NCBI GenBank assembly: GCA_002269645.1 | Contig: NIVC01003927.1 | Location: 1-36,551 of the forward strand | Direction of reading: 5' to 3' | Source: Macrostomum lignano | Lineage: Eukaryota | Length of the DNA stretch: 36,551 nucleotides | In this document: positions 11,789 to 24,552 of the stretch, piece by piece | How positions within the stretch are numbered: position 1 is the stretch's first letter | Layout: the number at the start of each line of letters is the position of its first letter | The notes under the pieces: model-generated | What the model was told of the DNA's origin: nothing | The model's database searches: none | What the model saw: only the letters and a program-made list of their open reading frames with translations | Translations under genes and position numbers: made by a program

Positions 11789-14198
11789 TCAAGAGCAAAT
11801 GCCGCCCTGCGGATGGACTACAAGCGAGGGATCCTTCAGGTCCACGCCTTGGTGGTGCATGTCCTCCTGCTTGAAGCTGCCCAGCTGCTCCATGTGGCCC
11901 ATCAGCATGGCTCCATGATGGTGCAGGCCGTGATGATGCTGCTGGTGAAGCTGATGGTGAGCCATGGCTGGACTGACTGACTCGGCTGACACGTTGTCCT
12001 CGGATGACCTTGTCCTGGTCTGCAGCTTCTTCTTCTTCATTCGACGGTTTTGAAACCAGACTTTCACCTGCGGGCGAGTGAGCGGGACAATCTCCATCAT
12101 AGTGAGTCTGGCGGACTTTTAGGACATTCCACATGATAAAAAAGTGTTCTTTTTAATAAAAGGTTCGCAATCAAAACAGGATAGATCTACTGGGGTATTG
12201 TGAGACAGACTTTTAAGGATTCTACTCTCATCGCCACTACAAGTAGTTGACCAACCCTTACGAAAGGGTAGCGATAGGGTCAGATTGGTTCGAGTAGATT
12301 CCCACAGTCACAATCACTTGTTACGGCTGGGGTTAGGGTTAGGGTTGCACACCCAAAGCACCCATATTATTCCCCGCGGTGAGTCCGAGGTTTATTGTCA
12401 GTTCTATCTATAGCAATGCACCACAGAATCGCGAAAGAAGTTCCTGATTAATCTGAAAATATGATGATCCACTCGCTTTCCATAAATAATGAACTGTGTT
12501 TTTTAGACTACGTTCTCCGGTCTGTCATAGACTAATTTTTTTCGAATAAGTTGTATAATATAATTAGTAGTCTACTTCCTAGGGTGACTATCAATAGTAT
12601 GAAACGAGCATGGCTTACCTGACGCTCAGTCAGATGCAGTTGGCAAGAAATTTCCCATCGTTTTTGCCGGGTGATGTAGGCGTTCATGAGGAACTCGCGC
12701 TCCAGCATGGCCGTCTGGTAGCGAGTGTACGGCTTGCGCTTCTTGCGGCTGCGCACTGCGGGGGCGGCGGTGGGGGAGAATCAGGTGAGGCCGGGTGGGG
12801 AATCACGTGAGAAGGGGTGGGGAATCAGGTGAGAGCGGGTGGGGAATCACGTGAGAAGGGGTGGGGAATCAGGTGAGAGCGGGTGGGGAATCACATGAGA
12901 AGGGGTGGGAATCAGGTGAGGGCAGGTGGGGAATCACGTGAGAAGGGGTGGGGAATCAGGTGAGAGCGGGTGGGGAATCATGTGAGAAGGGGTGGGAATC
13001 AGGTGAGGGCGGGTGGGGAATCACGTGAGAAGGGGTGGGGAATCAGGCGAGAGCGGGTGGGGAATCAGGTGAAGGCGGGTGGGAAATCAGGTGAGGGCGG
13101 GTGGGGAATCAGGTGAGGGCGGGTGGGGAATCAGGCGAGAGCGGGTGGGGAATCAGGTGAGGGCGGGTGGGGAATCAGGTGAGGGCGGGTGGGGAATCAC
13201 GTGAGAAGGGGTGGGGAATCAGGCGAGAGCGGGTGGGGAATCAGGTGAAGGCAGGTGGGGAATCAGGTAAAGGCGGGTGGGGAATCAGGTGAGGGCGGGT
13301 GGGGAATTGTGTGAATTGCAGGAGGATAATCAAGGGGAATTGCGGGAGGGGAATCAGGGGAATTGCGGGAGGATAATTAGGGGAATTGCGAGAGGATAAT
13401 CAGGGTATTGCGGGAGGATAATCAGCAGGGGAAGTGCGGGAGGTGAATCAGGGGAATTGCGGGACGTAAATCAGGTGAATTGCAGGAGGGGAATCAGGGG
13501 AATTGCGGGAGGTGAATCAAGCTAATTGCGGGAGGTGAATCAGGTGAATTGCGGGAGGTGAATCAGGGGAATTGCGAGGGGGGATCACGTGAATTGCGGG
13601 AGAGGAATTGGGTGAATTCTTCTTAATAAAAAACAGACGGACGAGTTGGCCTCTTTCCTCTAGGATAGGGTCTACAAACAGAAATTTTTGCAAAAAAGAT
13701 TGCGCTAAAAGCCACACTTCCCCTTAGACAGTTTAGGATCAATTAGTAAAATGCGCAGATTAACCATAAATTTTCTTTGATAATCATCAGACTCCGCGCA
13801 GACGCCAGTAGCAACTGTCAAAAGGCCAGCACGCTATTTCTTGTCTCTTGGCTTTTAAAAGGTGAGGCGCTCTCAGCAACAGGGCAGATGATCGGTCAAA
13901 TTTGGGTAGCTGCCTGGAAGCTGCTAATGGATTTTTCGGTTTTTAAGTGCCGCTAAGAGAGCACAGGTGACCCCCATTGACCCCCCCTCCGTGGACCCCG
14001 AAGCCCCGTGGGATGCACGTACCGCCGGCTGCGGAGTCTGGATCAGCGAACTCGTCCAGCCGGGGCAGCATCATCTCGTGCGGAGCAAACAGGTACGAGC
14101 CACCGCCGACGCCACCGCCAGCGCCGCCGACTCCGACGACACCTCCGCGAAGCTGCTGCTGCTGCTGCTGCTGCTGTTGTTGTTGCTGTTGTTGCTGA

Positions 14199-14230
<32 letters not shown>

Positions 14231-14803
14231 ATGATGATGACTGTGAACTGCTGCAGCGGCCGCGGCCCCATAGAAGTCGGTGGGCGAGTGCAGGCCGGGG
14301 CGGCCGTGCCCGAAGCTGTGCGGGAAGCCGCCGCCAGTGGCAGCGGCCATGTGGCTGAGGAGGCCCTGCGACTGGGCCGCCTGCATGAAGTCCGGCGGGC
14401 CCGGGTACGCGCACGGGATCGGCGTGCCGCACTTGCCGACGCCGCCTGAACCCGGATGACCCGGCATGCCGCCGCCTCCGCCGCATCCGCCGTTCACCGC
14501 CTGGGCGCTGCCGTAGTGAACTCGCGGATCGTACGGCCACATGTTGGCCGCGGCCTGCAAAGCTCCGTACCCGCCGCCGCCGCCGACGCTCCCGCCGCTG
14601 CTGTTGCCGTCGCTGTTGCGGCCGTCTTGAGGAAGCGAGCCGACGCAGCCTCCACCGCCGCCGCCACCGCCGCCGCCGCCAGAGCCCGACATTGCAGCGG
14701 CTGCGGCTGCTGCTGAAACTGCCGGCCCAGCGATTGCGGCGTAGGACGGTAGGCGGGAGCCGGGCGGGAACAGCCCGCTGCCGCTGGTTTCCATGGATAC
14801 CAT
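11789..14803 (-). CDS. Post2: posterior (Abd-B class) Hox protein Post2, 398 aa, 3 coding exons
   Basis: Exons (minus strand) 14803-14023, 12755-12619 and 12067-11789 total 1197 nt. The introns are GT-AG: phase 1 (GTACGT...CCCCGCAG) and phase 0 (GTAAGC...CCCGCAG). The spliced homeodomain [43 protein letters not shown]|[15 protein letters not shown] carries the lophotrochozoan Post2 signatures ([25 protein letters not shown]). The second intron lies between homeodomain residues 44 and 45. Confidence 0.95.
12777..13612. repeat. G-rich compound minisatellite in Post2 intron 1
   Basis: ~21-bp GGGTGGGGAATCA(G/C)GTGAG(GGC/AAG) units run to ~13300, followed by related GGAATTGCGGGAGGTGAATCAG units. 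Confidence 0.95.
14153..14239 (-). repeat. coding polyHis/polyGln trinucleotide tract in Post2 exon 1
   Basis: A CAG/CAA/CAT run encoding approximately HHHH-Q9-H-Q15. PolyAla and polyGly tracts occur in the same exon. Confidence 0.95.
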
Positions 14804-14867
14804 GCTGTGCTCACCTGATTTAAGAATATAATTACGGATTCGATTTTTTTAATGCTCGACCCGTTTT

Positions 14868-15646
14868 CCAGGCTATGACTCATTCTCCAATCTATGACTC
14901 ATTCATTGAGCAATAACCCATTCTTTAGGCTATGACTCATTCTCCAATCTATGACCCGTCCTACAAGTTATGACCCATTCTCCAGGTTATGACCCTTTCT
15001 CCAAGTCATGACCCAGGCTATGACCCAGACTATGACCCATTCTCCAGGCTATGACCCATCCTTCAATCCATCTGTATGCTATGACCCATTCTTCAATCCA
15101 TCTGTACGCTATGACCCATTCTTCAATCCATCTGTACGCTATGACCCATTCTTCAATCCATCTGTATGCTATGACCCATTCTTCAATCCATCTGTACGCT
15201 ATGACCCATTCTTCAATCCATCTGTACGCTATGACCCATTCTTCAATCCATCTGTACGCTATGACCCATTCTTCAATCCATCTGTATGCTATGACCCATT
15301 CTTCAATCCATCTGTACGCTATGACCCATTCTTCAATCCATCTGTATGCTATGACCCATCCTTCAATCCATCTGTACGCTATGACCCATTCTTCAATCCA
15401 TCTGTACGCTATGATCCATCCTTCAATCCATCTGTAAGCTATGACCCATTCTTCAATCCATCTGTACGCTATGACCCATCCTTCAATCCATCTGTACGCT
15501 ATGACCCATTCTTCAATCCATCTGTACGCTATGACCCATCCTTCAATCTATCTGTACGCTATGACCCATTCTTCAATCCATCTGTACGCTATGACCCATC
15601 CTTCAATCCATCGGTACGCTATGACCCATTCTTCAATCCATCTGCT
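14868..15646. repeat. 30-bp minisatellite (GCTATGACCCATTCTTCAATCCATCTGTAC)n immediately upstream of Post2
   Basis: About 20 homogeneous units at 15047-15646, preceded by shorter degenerate CTATGACCCATTCTCC units. Confidence 0.97.
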
Positions 15647-16276
15647 CATGCCAGCTGTCAAACCAGCGAGCAGTTTTGAGTGCAGAGCCAGAGCTGAAGT
15701 CAAACCCCAAACGGAGGGATTTCAAAAACTCCCCCCCAATGCTCCATCCGATCCATCCCCAGGCCGGCCGGACCCTCCACTGCTCCCCAAGTCGGCAATA
15801 AAGTCGCAATTAATAATTGAGGAAAGGAGAGGGAGAGCGAGAGGCGGAGAGGAGAGCCGCTGGGCAGAGTAATAAAAACTAACTTTTATCGCTTTTCAGT
15901 CAAACAAAAGAAGCAGCCATGAGGGCAAAAGGATGTAAAAAGCGAAAGGCGGATGAGGTGGATGGTATGGGAGATTTCTAAGGGGATATCGGCCGGGGCG
16001 GGGATCGCAATTCTGCTGTTGTTATAGGCTTGACCATCTGATGGGAGATTTTCTTTGGGATTTCAGCAGCGCTGTGTGCTGATTGGGAGCCACCTGACGG
16101 GGCATTAATTCGTAAGTAGGGGGATCTGGATGTCTAGCAGGGGATTGGGGCTGGTGCTAATTGGGGGGATATAAAATTTGCCGAGCTAATTATTTTGTAC
16201 TTGCTATCTAATCTGACTCGTTTGGAATTCAGTTTCTGTGCCGCGCTCCAGGGTATTTTTCGGGATCGGAATTTTT

Positions 16277-17390
16277 GAGATTGTGAAGCGTGGAGATTGT
16301 GAAGCTTAGGGGTTGTGAAGCTTGGGGATTGTGAAGCTTTGGGATTGTGAAGTTTGGGGATTGTGAAGCTTGGGGATTGTGAAGCTTTGGGATTGTGAAG
16401 TTTGGGGATTGTGAAGCTTGAGGATTGTGAAGTTTCGGGATTGTGAAGTTTGGGGATTGTGAAGCTTGGGGATTGTGAAGCTTCGGGATTGTGAAGCTTG
16501 GGGATTGTGAAGTTTGGGGATTGTGAAGCTTGGGGATTGTGAAACTTGGGGATTGTGAAGCTTGGGGATTGTGAAGCTTGGGGATTGTGAAGCTTGGGTA
16601 TTGTGAAGCTTGGGGATTGTGAAGCTTGGGGATTGTGAAGCTTGGGTATTGTGAAGCTTGGGGATTGTGAAGCTTGGAGATTGTGAAGCTTGGAGATTGT
16701 GAAGCTTGGGGATTGTGAAGCTTGGGGATTGTAAAGCTTGGGGATTGTAAAGCTTGGGGATTGTGAAGCTTGGGGATTGTGAAGCTTGGGGATTGTGAAG
16801 CTTGGGGATTGTGAAGCTTGGGGATTGTGAAGCTTGGGGATTGTGAAGCTTGGGGATTGTGAAGCTTGGGTATTGTGAAGCTTGGGGATTGTGTAGCTTG
16901 GGGGTTGTGAAGCTTGGGGATTGTAAAGCTTGGGGATTGTGAAGCTTGGGGATTGTGAAGCTTGGGGATTGTGAAGCTTGGGGATTGTGAAGCTTGGGGA
17001 TTGTGTAGCTTGGGGGTTGTGAAGCTTGGGGGTTGTGAAGCTTGGGGATTGTGAAGCTTGGGGATTGTGAAGCTTGGAGATTGTGAAGCTTGGAGATTGT
17101 GAAGCTTGGAGATTGTGAAGCTTGGAGATTGTGAAGCTTGGAGATTGTGAAGCTTGGGGATTGTGAAGCTTGGGGATTGTAAAGCTTGGGGATTGTAAAG
17201 CTTGGGGATTGTGAAGCTTGGGGATTGTGAAGCTTGGGGATTGTGAAGTTTGGGGATTGTAAAGCTTGGGGATTGTGAAGCTTGAGGATTTTGAAGCTTG
17301 GGGATTGTGAAGTTTCGGGATTGTGAAGTTTCGGGATTGCGAAGTTTCGGGATTGTGAAGTTTCAGGATTACGAAGTTTCGGGATTAAGA
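16277..17390. repeat. 17-bp minisatellite (GATTGTGAAGCTTGGGG)n
   Basis: About 65 units, with diverged units at both edges. Confidence 0.97.
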
Positions 17391-17947
17391 AAATGGGTAT
17401 TTAAAGCTTGGGTATTCAGAGCTTGAGTAGGCTAGAGCTGGAGTAGTTACAACCTAGTCAACCATTACGGTCTCAGTTTAGGTTTCAGGCGCAGAGGTCA
17501 GATTGGGGGCACAAGTGTACCTACAGAAATTGTCAATCGTAAATTATTCTATTCTGAAACAGTCACTGGGTGGTGGCACAATACAAATCAACTCTGATGG
17601 GTTTTATTGCTAATCAAGCCAGCCAGTCCTGTGGGCCCCCCATTCGCCTATCGATATCTCTGTAGTCAGGTGGGTGCTGTTTCGGTTGACAATTGAAATT
17701 CCGCGCGTTGGCAACAAGGGCTTGTAAATCATGGCTGAGCAACCGAGCCAACATTTATATAGCGGCTGAAAGAATTCTGCCTGTGCGGATGGCTAACTTC
17801 GGCGGCAATAGGAACTGCAGGCTCGCTTCAGTGGAGGTGTCGGCTTGGAGACTAAATACACACCTGGGTCATTGACCCCCCATAGATCGATGCGACATGA
17901 CTACTGCTGTGCCTAACGTCATTTAAACTCGCGGTAGATAAATACAT

Positions 17948-18323
<376 letters not shown>

Positions 18324-18807
18324 GTAGTGCCGAGACTGATTGGCTGGGCAGCTATACGCATGCGCGGTCACCCCAGCCTCTATCGCTGCTGCCGGCGCTG
18401 CACCCCCTTCTCACTGCCAAGTCATGGATGGAAGACATCTTTGCACTTGTCCCAGAAGTCAGGCCATGCAATTTGCTCCCCATTTTCCCCTCCTCGCCCC
18501 TTGGGAGGCAGCGGGTATCCCCAACTGACCGACAGAGCGCTTGTAAATTTATTTATAAGCGGAGTGAGATTTCGTATACTCCCTTAGGCTTTTAGGAAAT
18601 GAGAGATTTTATTTCGCAATTGAATTCCAGAGGGACACAGTGGCTTGCTGGTGTGAGCTGTGAACTGGGGCGGCAAAGGGAGGGTTGGTCTTCTGAATGC
18701 CTCTAGCTCCATCCTCTGACCCTCAGGGAGTGACAATAGGGACAGGGAGTGACAGTGACAGTAGTAGTGACAGTACTCTCAGTCTGCCGAGAGCTCCCAT
18801 GACTAGA

Positions 18808-19266
18808 CCTGAGGGAGTGACATTCTCCTGAGGGAGTGACATTCTCCTGAGGGAGTGACATTCTCCTGAGGGAGTGACATTCTCCTGAGGGAGTGACATT
18901 CTCCTGAGGGAGTGACATTCTCCTGAGGGAGTGACATTCTCCTGAGGGAGTGACATTCTCCTGAGGGAGTGACATTCTCCTGAGGGAGTGACATTCTCCT
19001 GAGGGAGTGACATTCTCCTGAGGGAGTGACATTCTCCTGAGGGAGTGACATTCTCCTGAGGGAGTGACATTCTCCTGAGGGAGTGACATTCTCCTGAGGG
19101 AGTGACATTCTCCTGAGGGAGTGACATTCTCCTGAGGGAGTGACATTCTCCTGAGGGAGTGACATTCTCCTGAGGGAGTGACATTCTCCTGAGGGAGTGA
19201 CATTCTCCTGAGGGAGTGACATTCTCCTGAGGGAGTGACATTCTCCTGAGGGAGTGACATTCTCCT
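18808..19266. repeat. 19-bp minisatellite (GAGGGAGTGACATTCTCCT)n
   Basis: About 24 apparently identical units. Degenerate precursor-like copies (CAGGGAGTGACA) occur at 18725-18760. Confidence 0.98.
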
Positions 19267-19721
19267 AAAATTGCTCCTATAGAAGCAGGCTAGCAAGATA
19301 TGAAGCCATAGAGAGTCTTGCTAGGGGCGCAAAAGCAGCTGGATTCGCCGACTTGCTTCTATTTTTATTATTGCCGGCTTTTTAGGCTCACATTTTACTG
19401 GCCGCCGCTGCTTCCGGCGCTACTGACAATCCGACAAACCTCTTGGAACATTCTCTACACTTGCAGCAAATCTTCTTTTCTTCATAGCCAAACAGACAGG
19501 GGCGGGCGCTGCCCCCTTGTTATGCCCGAGACGGGAGGCCTCCCCTCTGCTTTATGGCTCAGCGCCGCGATACAGCGAGTGGTTGGGGGAGCGGAGCGCC
19601 ATAAACTCGGATCATTTCAAATTCCTCCTGCATTTTTCCTTTTTTCGCGCTTCTTTTTTTCTTTTTGGGCATTTGCTTTTAGTCTGCTTGTCTGTTCTCC
19701 TGTCTGCCTGCCTGTCATTCT

Positions 19722-20084
<363 letters not shown>

Positions 20085-21206
20085 TCTCTAACTTCCTTTT
20101 GTTAATCTTTTCCCTCTTCTCGCAAGTAAAAAGCAGCATCTAAAACAGCAAGCACAATTAATCAAAGCAATCGCTCACCTGTTCACTCAGAGATGGTGTC
20201 AGTCAGTAAGCTTCAGTAAGGACAGACTGCTTGCAGTTTGTTGCAAGAAACTTTGCTCGGGAAATCTGCGACAAAAGATGGTAGTGTAGTCACTTGAATT
20301 AGCAGATGCTCCGTAACGCTGCCCCCTCATGGTGCAGTCATTCCTACAACTGGGACAGGCAGAGCTAATTTAACTCTAAATTTATCTGTTATACACAAGC
20401 TGCTGCTGCTGCTGATGTGTGGGTGTTTTTACACAGAAAACAATACCTTAGTTGAGCATAAGCAAGCAGTTGGGAAGCGGGCATCAAGATATCCAATATA
20501 GCGCTAGAAACAGTCTGCTTGGGAAAGTGGGAAGGGCAGAGGCACAGGGGAGCGGGGGAGAATGAGGTGGGGCTTAGCCAATTGGAGAGTTAAAAAACTT
20601 CGGGGTTAGGGTTGTGCAAGGCTAGACAATGAATGAGCAAGCAGCAGCATGCGTATACGCCCGTCCTTTGATCTTTGCCGCCACATTCTGGCATGCAGAG
20701 GGCCAGAAGGGTGTGATTGCGCCCGTCCGTGCACCCATATTGGAGCGGGCAAAGTGTAAAACATTGCACTGCCCAACTGGTTAAACCTACGAGCTAACAA
20801 CCCTCCAAAAAGCCTACTAGAATTACTAGTACTACTCGCTATTATACTACTGTAGGGATAGGCCTGCAGCAGCTGGTGGTGCTGGCCACCCACACCCATA
20901 GGCAAACCCAGTTTACTGCAGTCGAAGCTCACCCACCATGTAACTTGTAATAAAACAACTAAACATGACCCACAGAGTAAATTCATTGCTATTTTTTCGA
21001 TATTTTAGATTTTCTATGATCGCTCAGACTGCATTAATTTGGCACGGGAAACCATCTTGATGTTTGGTCTCACACCTGCTCCCCCCCCTGAATTCGCACA
21101 TCATTTGCTCCTGAGAGCTCAGGTTTACAACTTAGAATTATCCTAATAATGAGTATAGTTTTCTACAGTCGGGAATGAAATTCGCGCTAATGTTTTACAC
21201 TCATTT

Positions 21207-21806
21207 TAGCACTCATTTCTGGCACCAACTCAACACTTTTTTATGGCGCCAATTTAGCACTTATTTCTGGCGCCAATTTAACGCCCAATTCTGGCGCCAA
21301 TTTAACACACATATCTGGCGCCAATTTAGCACTCATTTCCGACGCCAATTTAGCGCCCAATTCTGGCGCCAATTTAACGCCCAATTCTGGCGCCAATTTA
21401 ACACACGTTTCTGGCGCCAATTCAACACTCATTTCTGGCACCAATTCAACACTCATTTCTGGCACCAATTCAACACTCATTTCTGGCACCAATTCAACAC
21501 TCATTTCTGGCACCAATTCAACACTCATTTCTGGCACCAATTCAACACTCATTTCTGGCACCAATTCAACACTCATTTCTGGCACCAATTCAACACTCAT
21601 TTCTGGCACCAATTCAACACTCATTTCTGGCACCAATTCAACACTCATTTCTGGCACCAATTCAACACTCATTTCTGGCACCAATTCAACACTCATTTCT
21701 GGCACCAATTCAACACTCATTTCTGGCACCAATTCAACACTCATTTCTGGCACCAATTCAACACTCATTTCTGGCACCAATTCAACACTCATTTCTGGCG
21801 CCAATT
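21207..21806. repeat. 24-bp minisatellite (TTTCTGGCACCAATTCAACACTCA)n
   Basis: About 25 units, diverged at the 5' end and homogeneous at the 3' end. Confidence 0.97.
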
Positions 21807-22235
21807 TCGCAACTTTCGAAAAGTCTATAGGACAGAGCATCTGCCATCGTAGCGGTGTCCATCGGTATGCACTCGCGATGCAGCTGCAAGCAGCTGGGGA
21901 AAAGAAGATTGTCCATCTGCTTCTGCGGCTGCATGGATGCATGCGGGGAACAGAGATTTTCTTAGGATCCCAGATCCCGGCCCCAGAGTTGGAATATCTA
22001 TCTTTCATCTGGGCCCCTCCAACAATAAGAGGCTGCATGGACAACTAAACTAGATTTGTTGGCTGGTTTGAAACATTTTCATGTCGCCTTTGAAAACCTG
22101 TTAGTCCTGTGATCCCCTATTCCTCTTGAGTGTTTGAATTCGTTAAGAAACTTATTAGAAAATGACGCACCTCATGCGGCATTATATGACAGAAAATCGA
22201 AGACTTTGGGTATAGTTCAAAACTTCTTTTGGAAC

Positions 22236-23268
22236 TGAGAGATGCCATTTTGATCTGAAAGGTGTCATTTCAGGTCTGAGAGGTGCCATTTTTGGCTCTG
22301 GGAAGTGCCATTTTAACCTGAGATGCCATTTTGGATCTTAGAGGTGCCATTTTGGATTTGAGAGGTGCCATTTTGGATCTGAGAGGTGCCATTTCAGGTC
22401 TTGAGAGGTGCCATTTTTGGCTCTGGGAAGTGCCATTTTTAACCTGAGATGCCATTTTAGATCTGAGTGGTGCCATTTTGATCTGAAAGGTGTCATTTCA
22501 GGTCTGAGAGGTGCCATTTTTGGCTCTGGGAAGTGCCATTTTTAACCTGAGATGCCATTTTAGATCTGAGTGGTGCCATTTTGATCTGAAAGGTGTCATT
22601 TCAGGTCTGAGAGGTGCCATTTTTGGCTCTGGGAAGTGCCATTTTTAACCTGAGATGCCATTTTAAATCTGAGTGGTGCCATTTTGATCTGAAAGGTGTC
22701 ATTTCAGGTCTGAGAGGTGCCATTTTTGGCTCTGGGAAGTGCCATTTTAACCTGAGATGCCTTTTTTCAATCTGAGTGGTGCCATTTTGAATCTGAAAGG
22801 TGCCATTTTTAAATTCATATTGCTATTTGAATCTGAAAGGTGCAATTTTGAATCTGAGAGGTGCCATTTTGAATCTGGGAGGTGCCACTTTTAATCTGAG
22901 AAATGTCATTTTTAATTTCATGTTGCCATTTGAATCTGAGAGGTGCCATTTTAGATCTTAGTGGTGCCATTTTGGATTTGAGAGGTGCCATTTTGGATCT
23001 TAGAGGTGCCATTTTGGATTTGAGAGGTGCCATTTTGGATCTGAGAGGTGCCATTTTTAACCTGAGAGGTGCCATTTTTAACCTGAGAAATGCCATTTTG
23101 GATCTGAGAGATGCCATTTTTAACCTGAGAGGTGCCATTTTGGATCTGAGAGGTGCAATTTTGGATCTCAGAAGTGCCATTTTGGATCTGAGAGGTGCCA
23201 TTTTGGATCTGAGAGGTGCCATTTAAGATTTGAGTGGTGCCATTTTGGATCTGAGGGATGCCATTTTT
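22236..23268. repeat. ~21-bp minisatellite (GAGGTGCCATTTTGGATCTGA)n with 103-bp higher-order unit
   Basis: The variant ATCTGAAAGGTGTCATTTCAGG recurs at 22481, 22584 and 22687. Confidence 0.95.
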
Positions 23269-23389
23269 GTCGTGTGGAGCCACTTTGTATTCGGTTATTA
23301 ATGCCAATTTGATTTTGGATCTAACAAGAGCAAGAACTAAAACTACACGGTATTCTATGGGACATGCATCTTAAATGCATGAGTACGAT

Positions 23390-23672
23390 GGATGAATACC
23401 TGGAACCACGAAGCGGAGCCTCGACATAAGGAGTTGCTGCAATTTAAATTGCGACTGAAGAGACGGTCTGAGGAGCTAGAGCAGCGCCAGTCTGAAGGAT
23501 GATTTTGAATTGCAGACTGCGCATCTGCTTCCATGGCGACCATGGGATCGGGTTCGCGGAAGTCGAAAGTATACATTGCATCGACAGAGTCGCAGAATCC
23601 TCACACCGCTGCTTGAGGACGCCAATGGCACCTACAAACGAGGTTACTCTCGATACACCGGAGAGGTTCTGA
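23390..23672 (+). mobile_element. possible degenerate MULE (FLYWCH-type) transposase remnant
   Basis: Frameshifted peptides NHEAEPRHKELLQFKLRLKRRSEE, AHLLP, KYTLHRQSRRILTPL and TLDTPERF resemble by eye the HNH..LK.RA, A.LLP, TLYRRRR..LPPLP and T.DGERFL segments of MULE transposases. Stops and frameshifts are present. Confidence 0.33.
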
Positions 23673-24446
23673 ATTAGGCATTGAAGGTGTCAATGTAATC
23701 CAAGGACCAGTGGCCACCCCAGATGGTGAGGTGACTGCCGTCAGAATTGTCTGCGCGTTTGTGTCCTTGCCGTGTTTGCGCGCTTATGTCAAATATTGTA
23801 AAAACATACACATGCGCGCTAATGTCACGCGCGCTTATTCCATAGTCTATCTCAGCTGAACTGCGTTAATTCGCACTCTGTCACACTTCATTCATCAAGC
23901 AGCAACTCCGTCTGCAGAGAGGGGAGGCCATGAATATGGATGCCAAGGTCTTGCGAGCTTGAAGTTTTGTTTAAACAAAAACTCGCGCTTACACGAACCA
24001 GTGCGCAAGTTGCGCTCCCGCTAAATATGAAGAGGCCTTATTCACAGATGCGGATTGAGAGTGCGCAGATTATGAAATCAGCAGCTTCACATGCAACTGC
24101 GGGTTAGACACGTGGTTATATTGTCAACAAAAAACTTGCAAAACTGATCTGAAATTGGGATTTTTATACGGGGGCCCTCTTCACTTGATCCTGTTCTCCC
24201 ATATAAATAGGCCAAATCTTGATCGCTTTGTTGAATTTAGTTTGCCAGGGTTTATGGCACCTCACATGGCAACTAATTATAACAATGCTGCTATACTGCT
24301 GCTGCACTGACTTTGATTCTGGTCTGCTGCTGCTGCTGCAGTTAAAGGTAACTATGCAGTTATCTGCTGTGCGAATCTTGACCTGCTTTTTGTACATGCC
24401 GGTTAAAATACTTGAACAGAATAAAGAACCCAATGCCGACCTTCCA

Positions 24447-24552
24447 CTTGAGTCTCTGACGCTTAACCCCAGTGGTTGTTGCTTAAGTCTCTGGCGCTTA
24501 ACCTCAATGGTTGTTGCTTAAGTCTCTGGCGCTTAACCCCAATGGTTGTTGC
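24447..24552. repeat. 35-bp tandem repeat, 3 copies
   Basis: CTTAAGTCTCTGGCGCTTAACCYCAATGGTTGTTG at 24447 (diverged), 24482 and 24517. Confidence 0.9.

Noticed and set aside
12330-12346. Interstitial telomeric TTAGGG repeat in Post2 intron 2
   Set aside because: It has fewer than three units, too short to interpret.
13967-14716. Several + strand ORFs overlapping Post2 exon 1
   Set aside because: They are antisense shadows of GC-rich, trinucleotide-rich coding sequence.
21805-22047. Protein-like open frame (...AGEKKIVHLLLRLHG...PELEYLSFIWAP)
   Set aside because: There are only 56 codons from the first ATG, no convincing splice sites and no family I can recognise. A BLASTX would settle it.
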